A stretch of DNA of 64,000 nucleotides from an uncultured Gemmatimonadales bacterium (GTDB taxonomy: Bacteria > Gemmatimonadota > Gemmatimonadetes > Longimicrobiales > RSA9): contig CAWCUS010000001.1 of the NCBI GenBank assembly GCA_963798845.1, forward strand, positions 160,001 to 224,000. Reading direction: 5' to 3'. A program made the position numbers and the translations under genes. The notes under the pieces are model-generated. The model was not told where the DNA came from. It saw nothing but the letters and a program-made list of their open reading frames with translations, and made no database searches. Below are positions 29,925-39,560 of the stretch, piece by piece; within the stretch, counting starts at the first letter, position 1, and each line of letters opens with the position of its first letter.

Positions 29925-31133
29925 CTACTCGTAGCGGAGCGATTCGATCGGGTCCAGCGCCGCGGCGCGCCGGGCCGGCCACAGGCCGAAGAAGATCCCG
30001 ACGAACGCCGAGAAGCCGAACGCGAGCAGCACGGCCCTCGGCGCCACCGCCGTCTGCCACCCGGCCAGGCTCTGGAGCGCGTGCGCGCCACCCCACCCGG
30101 TAAGGATCCCCAGCACGCCACCCGCCATGCACAGCACCAGTGACTCTATGAGAAACTGGAGCAGGATGTGGCGACGACGCGCGCCGAGAGCCTTCCGCAC
30201 GCCGATCTCCCGCGTACGCTCCGTAACCGAGACCAGCATGATGTTCATGATTCCGATCCCGCCCACCAGCAGCGAGATGGCCGCGATCCCGGCCAGCAGG
30301 AAGGTGAAAGTCTGCGTCGTCTCCTGGAACGTGCTCATGAGTGACGCCATGTTCCGGACGCTGAAGTCCGCTTCCTCGCCCGGGGCGATCCGATGCTCCC
30401 GTCGCAGCACCCGGTCGATCTCCGTGATCGCCGCATCCATCTGCCTCGCGCTGACGGCCTGCACGTCGATGGAGCGCACGTACTCGGACCCGATCACGCG
30501 GAACTGGGCCGTCGAGAGCGGGATGTAGAGCCGCTCATCCGGGTTGTCCCACCCTTCCGACCCCTTCTCCCTGAGCACGCCGATGATCTGGAACGGGATA
30601 CCGCGCACCAGGACGTCCTGCCCCACCAGCTGCGCCGACGTCGTCCCCAGCCGCTCCCCCACCGCGGAGCCGATGACCGCGAGCCGCCGCCGCCCGCGCT
30701 CCTCCCCGGGCGTGAACAGCCGCCCCAGGTCCAGCGAGTAATTCTGGATCTGGAAGTAGGCCGGCCAGACGCCCACCACGCTCAGGTTGCCGTTGTTGCG
30801 GCCGTATTCGATCTGCTGGCGCCGCTCCAGCTCGGGCGACACCGCCTTGACGGCGGCCGCGTTCGCCACGATCGCCTCCGCGTCCTTGGCCGTCATCCGC
30901 GCGGAGCCCCGGTCCACTCCACCCCACATGTGCTGCCCGGGACGCACGGTCAGCACGTTCGTGCCGAGCCCCTCCAGCCGCGCCGCCACCTGCCGTTGTG
31001 CGCCTTCGCCCAGCGCCACCATCGTGATGACCGCCGCGATCCCGATGATGATCCCCAGCATGGTGAGGAACGAGCGCAGCTTGTTCACCCGGATCGACTC
31101 GAGGGCGACCTTCAGAATTTCCGCGATCAGCAT
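29925..31133 (-). CDS. MacB-like ABC permease (no NBD)
   Basis: NKLRSFLTMLGIIIG, GGIGIMNIMLVSVTERTREIGVRKALGA, LDPIESLRYE. Confidence 0.95.
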   Translation of the reverse strand: MLIAEILKVALESIRVNKLRSFLTMLGIIIGIAAVITMVALGEGAQRQVAARLEGLGTNVLTVRPGQHMWGGVDRGSARMTAKDAEAIVANAAAVKAVSPELERRQQIEYGRNNGNLSVVGVWPAYFQIQNYSLDLGRLFTPGEERGRRRLAVIGSAVGERLGTTSAQLVGQDVLVRGIPFQIIGVLREKGSEGWDNPDERLYIPLSTAQFRVIGSEYVRSIDVQAVSARQMDAAITEIDRVLRREHRIAPGEEADFSVRNMASLMSTFQETTQTFTFLLAGIAAISLLVGGIGIMNIMLVSVTERTREIGVRKALGARRRHILLQFLIESLVLCMAGGVLGILTGWGGAHALQSLAGWQTAVAPRAVLLAFGFSAFVGIFFGLWPARRAAALDPIESLRYE

Positions 31134-31142
31134 GGCGCCCCT

Positions 31143-32675
31143 CTATCGACGGCCGCCGCCGCCGCCGCCCGGAATCGGGCTGCTCCGCTCCCGGATCCGA
31201 TTCATCATGTCCTCCTGCTGCTGCCGCAGGCGAGCCACCGAGATCAGCACCACTGCGTCGCCTTCCTTCACGCCCGAGACCACCTCCGACTTGTCCCAGT
31301 CGTTCAGCCCGAGGAGCACCATCCTCGCTTCCGGACCCTTCGGCGTCTGCACGAACAGCACGCCGCGACGCGTCTCGCCACTTCCGCGGTCCGCGCCCGG
31401 GCCGCCGCCGGGCCCGCCGCGCATCCCCCCCATCGCCTGGAAGCACTGCCGGACCTGCACTCGCTCGGCTTCCGTCAGCGACGACCGGTCCGCCCTCGCC
31501 TTCGCCATCAGCGCTTCGCAGTCCGGTTTCCCGCCCTCGGCCGCCGGAGCGCTCACCTCCGCCTGGCCAGCCTGCGCGGCCATGCCCTGCCGCGCCTGCC
31601 CATCCGTCCCCGCGACCGCAGCGGCCTGGCGCGGCCTTTCGCCACCCGACGGCGCCGCGGCAGCGTCCTGCGACGGCCGCCGCGCCATCATTTCCCGCAG
31701 TTCGCTCTCGCTGATCCCCAGCACCTGCCCGGCCGCAGCCGCATCCTGCATGCTCACCACGGCCGAATTCGGGACCAGCAGCACGCTGTCGCGCTGGGCC
31801 ACTTCCACCTGGACCTCGGCGTTCATGTTGGGCTTCAGAAGCCCCTCGCGGTTGTCCAGCCGGACCAGCACCGGGAACATGGTCACGTTCTGGTCGACCA
31901 CCGCCTGCGGCTCGATCTTCAGCACCGCCCCCGTGAACGTACGGGTCGGATACGCCTCCACCTCCACACGCGCGACCTGCCCGGGCTGGACCTTCCCGAT
32001 GTCCGTCTCGTCGACCAGCGTCCGGACGTTCATGGTGGAGAGGTCCGCCATGAGCATGAGCGTGCTGCCCCCCGAGACGTTCCCGCTCGCAGACGCGATG
32101 ATCTGACCCGCCTCCACGTCCTTCTGGATGATCGTGCCGGTGATCGGCGCGCGGATCGTCACGTCCCCCATGCGCTCTTTCGCGAGCTGGAGGTTCGTCT
32201 CCGCCTTGACCAGCTGCGCACGCGCGTTCGCCGCGTCGAGCACCGTGGTCTCCATCTCCTGCTGCGTAAGGACGTTCGCATCGCGCAGCTCCTTCGACCG
32301 CTTCGCCTGCGACTGCGCGATCTGGAAGCGCGCCTGCGCCACGTCCAGGTCCGCCTGCGCCTGGTCCAGCCCGTTGCGGACGTCCCGTGGGTCGATCTCG
32401 GCCAACAGGGCCCCCTTCTCCACGCGGTCGCCCGTGTCCACGTGCAGGCTCGTGATCTCGCCCGACGCCTTCGACTTCACCTCCACCACGAGGATCGGCT
32501 CCACCTGTCCCGAAGCCTCCACCCGGATGTCCAGGTTTCCACGCTCCACGTGCGCGACCTCGTCTTCGTTCCCGCTCACGGTTTCGGCCGCGTCCCCCGA
32601 GGCGCAGCCGCCCACGGTTCCGGCCAGAACCGCCAGGCCCAGTCCCCATTCGATCCAGCGTTGCATCAGCCGCAT
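31143..32675 (-). CDS. MacA-like periplasmic adaptor
   Basis: EVKSKASG.I..L.V..GD.V.KG, IRAPITG, VDETDIGKV, LKPNMNA; low-complexity insert. Confidence 0.92.
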   Translation of the reverse strand: MRLMQRWIEWGLGLAVLAGTVGGCASGDAAETVSGNEDEVAHVERGNLDIRVEASGQVEPILVVEVKSKASGEITSLHVDTGDRVEKGALLAEIDPRDVRNGLDQAQADLDVAQARFQIAQSQAKRSKELRDANVLTQQEMETTVLDAANARAQLVKAETNLQLAKERMGDVTIRAPITGTIIQKDVEAGQIIASASGNVSGGSTLMLMADLSTMNVRTLVDETDIGKVQPGQVARVEVEAYPTRTFTGAVLKIEPQAVVDQNVTMFPVLVRLDNREGLLKPNMNAEVQVEVAQRDSVLLVPNSAVVSMQDAAAAGQVLGISESELREMMARRPSQDAAAAPSGGERPRQAAAVAGTDGQARQGMAAQAGQAEVSAPAAEGGKPDCEALMAKARADRSSLTEAERVQVRQCFQAMGGMRGGPGGGPGADRGSGETRRGVLFVQTPKGPEARMVLLGLNDWDKSEVVSGVKEGDAVVLISVARLRQQQEDMMNRIRERSSPIPGGGGGGRR

Positions 32676-32679
32676 CCTC

Positions 32680-34020
32680 CTAGAGCGTACGCCCGATCAG
32701 CGACTCCAGCTCCGACTTCGCGAGCAGGTAGTCGTAGCGGGCGTTGATGAGATCGTTCTCCGCCTGCGTCAGCGCGATCTGTGATGAGACCAGGTCGAGA
32801 ATCGTACCCGCGCCGTGGTCGTACCGCTCCTTCTGCACCCGGTAGTCCTCCCCCGCCACCGCCACCGACTCCTGCAGCAGCGCCAACTGCTGCTCCGCCA
32901 GTTGCACCGAGGCCAGGAGGCGCTCCACCTCTGTCACCACCGCCCGGGACGCATCCTCCGCCTGCGCCGTCGCCAGCGTGACCTGCGCGTTGGCCCGATC
33001 CACCGCCGCCTCGCGCTGCAGGCCGTTGAACAGCGGGTAGGACAGGCGGACGCTGGTGCTCCAGCTCGTGCGCCCGCCGGCCAGCGCGGCGTCCGAGTTC
33101 GCCCAGTTGTACCCGCCACTGAGCCCCAGGGTCGGGACCCACTGGGCCCTGGCCTGGGACAGACCCGACCGGGCGACGTTCAGGTTCGCCTCGGCCGAGA
33201 GAACGGTCGGCGCCTGCGCCAGCACCAGCTCGCGCATCGCCGCCCCGCTCAACGCCAGCGGCTGCGGTTCCAGCTGCTCCGGTCGCGCTGCCTCCACGGC
33301 GCCCGTGATCCCCGCCGCCTGACCCAGGGCGTACATGGCCGTCCGCCGCTGCGTCTCGGCCTGGAGCCACGCCTGCTGCGCGTTCCGCACCTGGAGCCGC
33401 GCCCTCAGAACGTCCGAGCGCGTGGCCTGGCCCGCCTGCAGCCGCTGCCGCGCCGCAAGCTGCTGGGCCTCGGCCTGCTCGATCTGCTGCTTCGTCAGCT
33501 CGATCAGGTCCTCCGCCCGCAGCACGGCGAAGAACGCCGTCTTCGCAGACAGGGCCACGTCGAACCGCCTCGCGGTCAGCGTGGCCTCCGCCGCGGACTC
33601 CGACGCGCGGGCGCTCCGCACCTGCGCCAGGTTCCGGCCGCCCGCGAACAGGTCCATGTTCGACGAGAGCCCGGCGCTGTAGCTGTTGCTCTGATTCGTG
33701 AGCTGGATGTTGGTCTGCGGATCGTAGCGCTGGGAGCTCGATGCCGACGCCCCCGACGAGAACGACAGGCTCGGGAGCATGGAGGCGTACGCCTGCCGCG
33801 TCGCGTACTCCGCCGTGCCGAGCGCCGTAGACGCTTGCACCACCTGCGGGTTCACTTCCAGCGCGCGCGCCACCGCCTCGTCCAGAGTGACCGTGTCCAC
33901 CACGGCGACCGGCGCGATGGTCGGCGCCGCCGCGGTGGTGTCCTGCGCCACTGCCGGCCCCGCGCCGACGGCGCCCGAGAGAGCGCACACGAGCGCGGCC
34001 ACTGCAACGCTGCGTTTCAT
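32680..34020 (-). CDS. TolC-family outer membrane protein
   Basis: Signal peptide, TLDEAV..AL..NP, two OEP repeats, RY..G..TILDL. Confidence 0.92.
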   Translation of the reverse strand: MKRSVAVAALVCALSGAVGAGPAVAQDTTAAAPTIAPVAVVDTVTLDEAVARALEVNPQVVQASTALGTAEYATRQAYASMLPSLSFSSGASASSSQRYDPQTNIQLTNQSNSYSAGLSSNMDLFAGGRNLAQVRSARASESAAEATLTARRFDVALSAKTAFFAVLRAEDLIELTKQQIEQAEAQQLAARQRLQAGQATRSDVLRARLQVRNAQQAWLQAETQRRTAMYALGQAAGITGAVEAARPEQLEPQPLALSGAAMRELVLAQAPTVLSAEANLNVARSGLSQARAQWVPTLGLSGGYNWANSDAALAGGRTSWSTSVRLSYPLFNGLQREAAVDRANAQVTLATAQAEDASRAVVTEVERLLASVQLAEQQLALLQESVAVAGEDYRVQKERYDHGAGTILDLVSSQIALTQAENDLINARYDYLLAKSELESLIGRTL

Positions 34021-34074
34021 CGTCCGCCTGTTTCCGGAATCCCCCCATCGGGGCGCATGCCCCGTCTCCGGCCA

Positions 34075-34225
34075 TACAGACGCACGCCGCCCTCGTTTCG
34101 TTGGGGCAACCCGGCCGCTGGCTGTGGTCATCCAATCGGTGTGATACGGCCGCTCCGGCGCGCGCTTCGGAACAAATGCGGCGGTCCGGGCAAACTAATG
34201 AGGCGGTCCATGGCATATGCCGTGC
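34075..34225. promoter_or_regulatory. Candidate ECF promoter (towards tolC) and sigma54 promoter (towards degP)
   Basis: Minus CGAAAC-N16-TGTA (34100-34075); plus TGGCAT-N5-GTGC (34211-34225). Confidence 0.35.
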
Positions 34226-34280
34226 GGCCGCGAACGTGTGGATGACTGTGACAGATCCAGAAGGAAGGCGGAGGCGGGCA

Positions 34281-35786
34281 ATGGCAGTGCAAGGCAATAT
34301 GGCCCGGAGAGCGCTGGTGGCATCCCTGCTCCTGGTCGTGGGGTGCGGCCGTGCGGACGCAGCGGCGCAGGTGGAGGACCAGACGCAGGTGCAGCAGACG
34401 CTCGGGAACGTGCCGGCGACCGTGGACACCACCACGGCGGCGTCGCTCTCGAAGACCTTCAGGGCCGCGGCGGCCCGGGCTCTGCCCGGCGTGGTGACGG
34501 TGCAGGTGACGGAGAAGCCGCAGCAGATGGCGGCCTCGCCCTTCCCGTTCCCGTTCGGCCAGCAGGGGCCGCAGCAGCAGGCGCCGGCGCAGCACGGAAC
34601 GGGATCGGGTTTCGTGTTCACCAAGGAAGGCTACATCATCACCAACAACCATGTGGTGGAGAACGCCACGGACGTGCAGGTCCGGTTCGTCGACGGCCGC
34701 GTCTACGACGACGTGGAGGTGGTGGGACGCGATCCGAACACCGACATCGCCGTGATCAAGGTCAAGGGCGATCGCGACTTCCAGCCTCTCGATATCGGAA
34801 ACTCCGATGCCGCCCAGGTGGGCGACTGGGTCCTCGCGCTCGGGAACCCGCTCGACCTCGGCTTCACCGTGACCGCCGGAATCGTCAGCGCCAAGGGTCG
34901 GCGGCTCGGGATCATCCAGGGAGAGGGCGGCGAGAATGGCACGAACGCCACGCCGCCGCTGGAGTCGTTCATCCAGACGGACGCCGCGATCAACCCCGGG
35001 AACTCCGGGGGCCCCCTCGTGGATCTCTACGGCCGCGTCATCGGCGTGAACAGCGCAATCTACTCGCGGACGGGGACATACGCGGGCAATGGCTTCGCCA
35101 TTCCGAGCGCCATCGCGGTCAAGGCAGCGCGCGACATCATTCAGTACGGCTACGTCCGGCGCCCGCGGCTCGGGGTGCTGATCAGCCCCGTGGGCGAAGC
35201 GCAGGCGCAGCTTTACCATCTCCCGACCATCTCGGGCGCAGTCGTCAACGAGGTGGAGCCCGGGAGCCCGGCGGACAAGGCCGGGCTCAAGCCGGAAGAC
35301 GTGGTCACCACGCTGAACGGGCAGCCGGTGACGGATGCCGACGCCCTGACCACCCGGCTCGCCCGCATGAACCCGGGCGACAAGATCACGCTCGGCTACA
35401 TCCGCAACGGCGAGCGGAAGAGCGTTCAGATCGAGCTCGGTCAGTTCGAGGTCAAGCACGCCGAAGCCACCCCGACGAACACCACTGAGTCGGCGGAGGA
35501 GAAGCTGGGCATCGGTCTGACCGATCTCACGCCCGAGATCCGAGACCAGCTCGACCTGCAGCCCGGAGTCGACGGCGTCGTGGTCACGGACGTGGCTCCG
35601 TTCGGACCCGCCGTGGGCGTCCTCCAGCGCGGCGACGTCATCCTGGCCTTCAACCGCAAGCCCGTGAGCAACGTCCGGGCGCTGCAGAGCCTGGCGAAGG
35701 ACGTGGACGCCGGGAGCGTGGTCGTCGTCAAGATCCGCGCGCGCAGCACCGGCAACGTCGGGGTGCGGAGCTTCCGACTCCACTGA
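34281..35786 (+). CDS. degP: HtrA/DegP serine protease with two PDZ domains
   Basis: GSGF, TNNHVV, DIAVIK, IQTDAAINPGNSGGPL. Confidence 0.93.
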   Translation: MAVQGNMARRALVASLLLVVGCGRADAAAQVEDQTQVQQTLGNVPATVDTTTAASLSKTFRAAAARALPGVVTVQVTEKPQQMAASPFPFPFGQQGPQQQAPAQHGTGSGFVFTKEGYIITNNHVVENATDVQVRFVDGRVYDDVEVVGRDPNTDIAVIKVKGDRDFQPLDIGNSDAAQVGDWVLALGNPLDLGFTVTAGIVSAKGRRLGIIQGEGGENGTNATPPLESFIQTDAAINPGNSGGPLVDLYGRVIGVNSAIYSRTGTYAGNGFAIPSAIAVKAARDIIQYGYVRRPRLGVLISPVGEAQAQLYHLPTISGAVVNEVEPGSPADKAGLKPEDVVTTLNGQPVTDADALTTRLARMNPGDKITLGYIRNGERKSVQIELGQFEVKHAEATPTNTTESAEEKLGIGLTDLTPEIRDQLDLQPGVDGVVVTDVAPFGPAVGVLQRGDVILAFNRKPVSNVRALQSLAKDVDAGSVVVVKIRARSTGNVGVRSFRLH

Positions 35787-35813
35787 GCCGGCCAAGCCCG
35801 GCGCGCCGCCCGG

Positions 35814-38800
35814 CTATCCCCGGTGCGATTCGCCGCCGTCCTCCTTCGCGGGGGGCGGCGGCGTTTTCGGGATGGTGAGCCAGACCGTGGTCCCCTGCCC
35901 GGCTTCGCTCTCCGCGCCGGCCGCCCCGCCCCACCCCTCGACCAGCCGGCGCACGATCGCGAGCCCCAGCCCCGTCCCGGACGACCGCGTCGAGAAGTGA
36001 GGCTCGAAGATGTGGGGCAGCTGGCTCTCGGGGATCCCGGGACCGTTGTCCTGCACCTCCAGCCGAACGCCGTCGCCCTCGTCCTCCACCCGCACTTCCA
36101 CGACACCACCATCGGGAACGGCAGCGCGTGCGTTCTCGAGCAGGTTGACGATGACCTCCCGCAACTCCGACGCCCGCGCCGCGGCCACGGCGCTGGCGGG
36201 CTCGGCGGAAAGGCGGTAGACCACCGCGCGGTCGGGGGCACGGTACAGCGTGAGGACATCCCGGGCGATGGCGGCCACGTCGACTCGCTCCATCGCGCCC
36301 GTCGCCTCCTGAGGCGCACCGTACCGCGAGAACGCCTTCGCGATCTCGCTGAGCCGCTCGATCTCCGCGAGGATGTGGTCCACGCTCGTGTCGAGGATGG
36401 GCTCGAAATCCGCTCGCCCGTCCCGGTAGGCCCGCCGGATGTGCTGCACCGACAGCTTGATCGGCGTGAGCGGGTTCTTGATCTCGTGCGCCACCTGCCG
36501 CGCCATCTCCCCCCACGCCAGGATCCTGGCCGTCCGGACTTCCTGCGCCCGAGCCCGCCGGAGCCGCCGCGTCATCAGGTTGAACGAGGCGAACAGCTCC
36601 CCGAACTCGTCTCGCCGGTGCTCCGGCAGGCGGACCCGGAGCCGGCCCCGTCCCACGGCCGACGAGGCCCGCCGCAGCTCCCCGATCGGTCGCGCCAGCG
36701 CGCGCCCCACGAGGACCGACAGGCTCAGCGACAGGACCGCGCCAATGAGCACCCCGAAGAGCACCAGGTGACCGAACTCCCGCTGTCGTACCGCGACATC
36801 CCGGGCGGCGAGCCATACGGGCACCGCCACGGTCTCCGAGGAATCCGGCAGGCGACGGTAGGCTACCAGATACGACCGGCCCGCCAGCGACCCGCGCTCC
36901 GTCCCGACCCGGGCCTCGCCCCCCATCATCGCCGTATAGAGGTCCGGCGGCATCCATGCGTCGTATAGACCGAGCTCCACCGCCGCCGGCATCGACGCGT
37001 CCGCGAGAGACCCACGCTCGTAGAACAGCAGATCCTCTCCCGTCCTGCTCGCCGTTTCCTCCAGCCCCGTCTGCGGCAGGAGGCCGGCGGCGTGCGCCAC
37101 CGCGCGCTCCGCCACCTCCCGGGCCGCCCGGGTCACCTCCTCGGCCAGCGCGCGATAAGCCGCCCAGCCGAACACGGCGGTCGGCAGAAGGAAGAACGCG
37201 AAGAGCGATACGATCAGCCGGGCGCGGAACCCGGCCAGCCATCCAGTCCATCCGCCCGGCGGTGCGGGCAGGTCGCCGCGTGCCAGCAGGCCCGCGGTCC
37301 ACAGGCCCGTCAGCAGGAGCAGGTCGAGCGTCACCAGCAGCATGGCCCGGGCGAACCGGATCCCTGCCGGTGGCATGCGCAGCTCCAGACGCGCCTGATA
37401 GGTGTCCGGACCCTCCTGGACCAGCGCCTCCTTTCGCCACGCGGAGCCCACCCGGTGCCAGCTCGTGACGGGCGGAGAGGCGGCACCGGGCTGCGCGCGA
37501 AGGAGGTCGAGCGTGACCGCGCTCCGTGCCTCCCCTTCGATGAAGGTCGCCAGCGCGGACGTCGGCTGCAGGTTGGCGCGCGGCGCCACCGCCACGGACA
37601 CCACCCCTCGGCCGGGCAGAGGAACGGCGAGGATCCGGCTCACACCTCCCCCCTCCGCCGGGATGTTCTCCATGACACCGTGGGACATCGCTTCGGCCAC
37701 CACCCGCTCGACCTCACGCGCGCCGGGATCGTCGGTGTCGAGCCGCACGCCCAGGGGAAGCGAGACCCGCCGCTCACCGGTCAGCTCCCAGAGCGAGATC
37801 TCCAGCGGGTACGGCTCGCTCGCCAGCCCGCTCCCCACCCACGACTCGTACAGCAGGTCCAGCCCCTGCTCCCCCTGCGACTCGGCCTGCTGGAGCTCCG
37901 CGGCGAAACGCACCAGGAGGTACGTCAGGAACGGGTCCGCCCGCGTCCCGAAGGACTCCAGCTCGGCTTCCGCCTGCTCGAGGTTCGCCCGCTCGGACGC
38001 CACCCACAGGTGCGGGATCACGGCCGTCGACGCCAGCCATCCGGCCACCAGCCAGCGCAGCAGCACGTCTCCACGTCCCGCGTAGCCCGCGAGTCCCCGC
38101 GCCGACAGCAGGAAAGGCACGCTCCAGGCAAGCAGCAGCGGCGTGGGTACGGGCCGCCCCGGCGACCAGACCAGCGCGACCACCGCCGACAGCGCCCCGG
38201 CGAGCGCCGCGCCGGCGACAAGGTAAAGGCCCACCGTACGCGGCTCGTCCGGACGCGACGCTCGTGGCATCAGGACCGCTGCCAGCACGCTCAGCAGCAC
38301 TACCGTGGTGGTCTGGAGCACGTACCACAGGGGGGCCACCGACGTCAGCATGGGTAGCCCCGCGCTGGCCGTCATCACGCCGGCGCCAATGGCGAACCCG
38401 CCGCCCACCAGCGCCGCGCCCACCGACAGCCGGAGCCACAGCTCGCTCCGGCGCGTTCCCGGCGGTCGGAGCGTGGACATGAGCGCCGCCAGCGGGAGCA
38501 GCACCACGATCACGCCCTCGATGACGAAGTCCCCGGGCACAGGAAGCACGAAGAAGCCGGGCGAGAACAGCCGGTCGAGCCCGAACGTGCGTCTCAGTGG
38601 CGCCGCCATGAGTGTCATGCTCAGCGCCAGGAGCGGGACCGCACCGGCGAGCCCGCCGCGGTCCTCGACGGAGCGTAGCCACGCGGCCGCGAACAGCCCG
38701 AGCGCCGTCAGCATCAGCACGAACACCATCTCCCGTCCGGTGCGCGCCACCCGGGAACGCCAGTCGCCCTGCGTCAGTGCCGGGAAGCGCGCGTGCATGA

Positions 38801-39551
38801 CGGGCTTCCCCTCCAGCACGAGCGTCCAGTCCGCGCCCGCATCCTCGCCCGCGCCGAACCTCGGACGCTCACCCGTGACCGCCTCGAAGCGCTCGCTCAG
38901 CGCGTTCGTCTTCCCTCGCAGCGGCGGACCCGCCTGCAACAGCATCGCCGCCACCGCCCTCCGCCCTTCCCCTGCCGGCGCCACGGCGTACAGGTAGGTG
39001 AACAGCGTACCGTCCGTGTAGACGATCCCCGGCTCCGCACGCAGCACCGCCTCGGGAAGGCGGCCGCGATGGTGCCCGGCCCAGACCACGGGCCTCCCGT
39101 CCGGATCCACCAGCGCCACGGCCGCCACTTCGGTGCGCTCGCGGATCCGTTCCATCGCGTCGAACGACGCCTCCCACCCGGGGTCCGCCGCCAGGTACGC
39201 CGCCGCGGTCACGCGCCGGATCGCCCCCTCCATCCGGTCCTGGAGCCGTGATGAGAGCCGCTCCTGGCGCGCCGCAACCACTCCCTGCCAGTCCCGGATC
39301 CCGCGCTCCAGCCGCAGTGTCGTGGCCCCGGCTGCGACCAGCCCCAGCGACAGCGCCGCCAGCGCCACCGGCGCCAGGGTCCGCTCGCCGGAGGCACGCT
39401 GTCGGCGCGCTTCGAGCAGCGCCGCCACGACCACGACCACCAAGGCTGTGAGCAACGCCCACGGGGAGAGCGTACGGCTCCACGCCAGCAGCGCCAGGAT
39501 GCCCGCGAATCCCACCGCCGGCACCGTGCGCTTCAGCCCCCGTGGCATCAT
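35814..39551 (-). CDS. Very large polytopic-membrane histidine kinase (NtrY-like C-terminus); true start may be GTG 39524
   Basis: Many TM helices, HAMP, AWGEMARQVAHEIKNPLTPI, NLLENA, DNGPGI, GTGLGL. Confidence 0.9.
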   Translation of the reverse strand: MMPRGLKRTVPAVGFAGILALLAWSRTLSPWALLTALVVVVVAALLEARRQRASGERTLAPVALAALSLGLVAAGATTLRLERGIRDWQGVVAARQERLSSRLQDRMEGAIRRVTAAAYLAADPGWEASFDAMERIRERTEVAAVALVDPDGRPVVWAGHHRGRLPEAVLRAEPGIVYTDGTLFTYLYAVAPAGEGRRAVAAMLLQAGPPLRGKTNALSERFEAVTGERPRFGAGEDAGADWTLVLEGKPVMHARFPALTQGDWRSRVARTGREMVFVLMLTALGLFAAAWLRSVEDRGGLAGAVPLLALSMTLMAAPLRRTFGLDRLFSPGFFVLPVPGDFVIEGVIVVLLPLAALMSTLRPPGTRRSELWLRLSVGAALVGGGFAIGAGVMTASAGLPMLTSVAPLWYVLQTTTVVLLSVLAAVLMPRASRPDEPRTVGLYLVAGAALAGALSAVVALVWSPGRPVPTPLLLAWSVPFLLSARGLAGYAGRGDVLLRWLVAGWLASTAVIPHLWVASERANLEQAEAELESFGTRADPFLTYLLVRFAAELQQAESQGEQGLDLLYESWVGSGLASEPYPLEISLWELTGERRVSLPLGVRLDTDDPGAREVERVVAEAMSHGVMENIPAEGGGVSRILAVPLPGRGVVSVAVAPRANLQPTSALATFIEGEARSAVTLDLLRAQPGAASPPVTSWHRVGSAWRKEALVQEGPDTYQARLELRMPPAGIRFARAMLLVTLDLLLLTGLWTAGLLARGDLPAPPGGWTGWLAGFRARLIVSLFAFFLLPTAVFGWAAYRALAEEVTRAAREVAERAVAHAAGLLPQTGLEETASRTGEDLLFYERGSLADASMPAAVELGLYDAWMPPDLYTAMMGGEARVGTERGSLAGRSYLVAYRRLPDSSETVAVPVWLAARDVAVRQREFGHLVLFGVLIGAVLSLSLSVLVGRALARPIGELRRASSAVGRGRLRVRLPEHRRDEFGELFASFNLMTRRLRRARAQEVRTARILAWGEMARQVAHEIKNPLTPIKLSVQHIRRAYRDGRADFEPILDTSVDHILAEIERLSEIAKAFSRYGAPQEATGAMERVDVAAIARDVLTLYRAPDRAVVYRLSAEPASAVAAARASELREVIVNLLENARAAVPDGGVVEVRVEDEGDGVRLEVQDNGPGIPESQLPHIFEPHFSTRSSGTGLGLAIVRRLVEGWGGAAGAESEAGQGTTVWLTIPKTPPPPAKEDGGESHRG

Positions 39552-39554
39552 ACT
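39547..39554. promoter_or_regulatory. Overlapping bidirectional -10 elements
   Basis: Plus CATACT + 6 nt + ATG(39561); minus TATGAT (39552-39547). Confidence 0.55.
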
Positions 39555-39560
39555 GTCTCC

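Noticed and set aside
34238..34246. TGTGGATGA, a one-mismatch DnaA box
   Set aside because: Single copy, no AT-rich element, 7 kb from the skew flip
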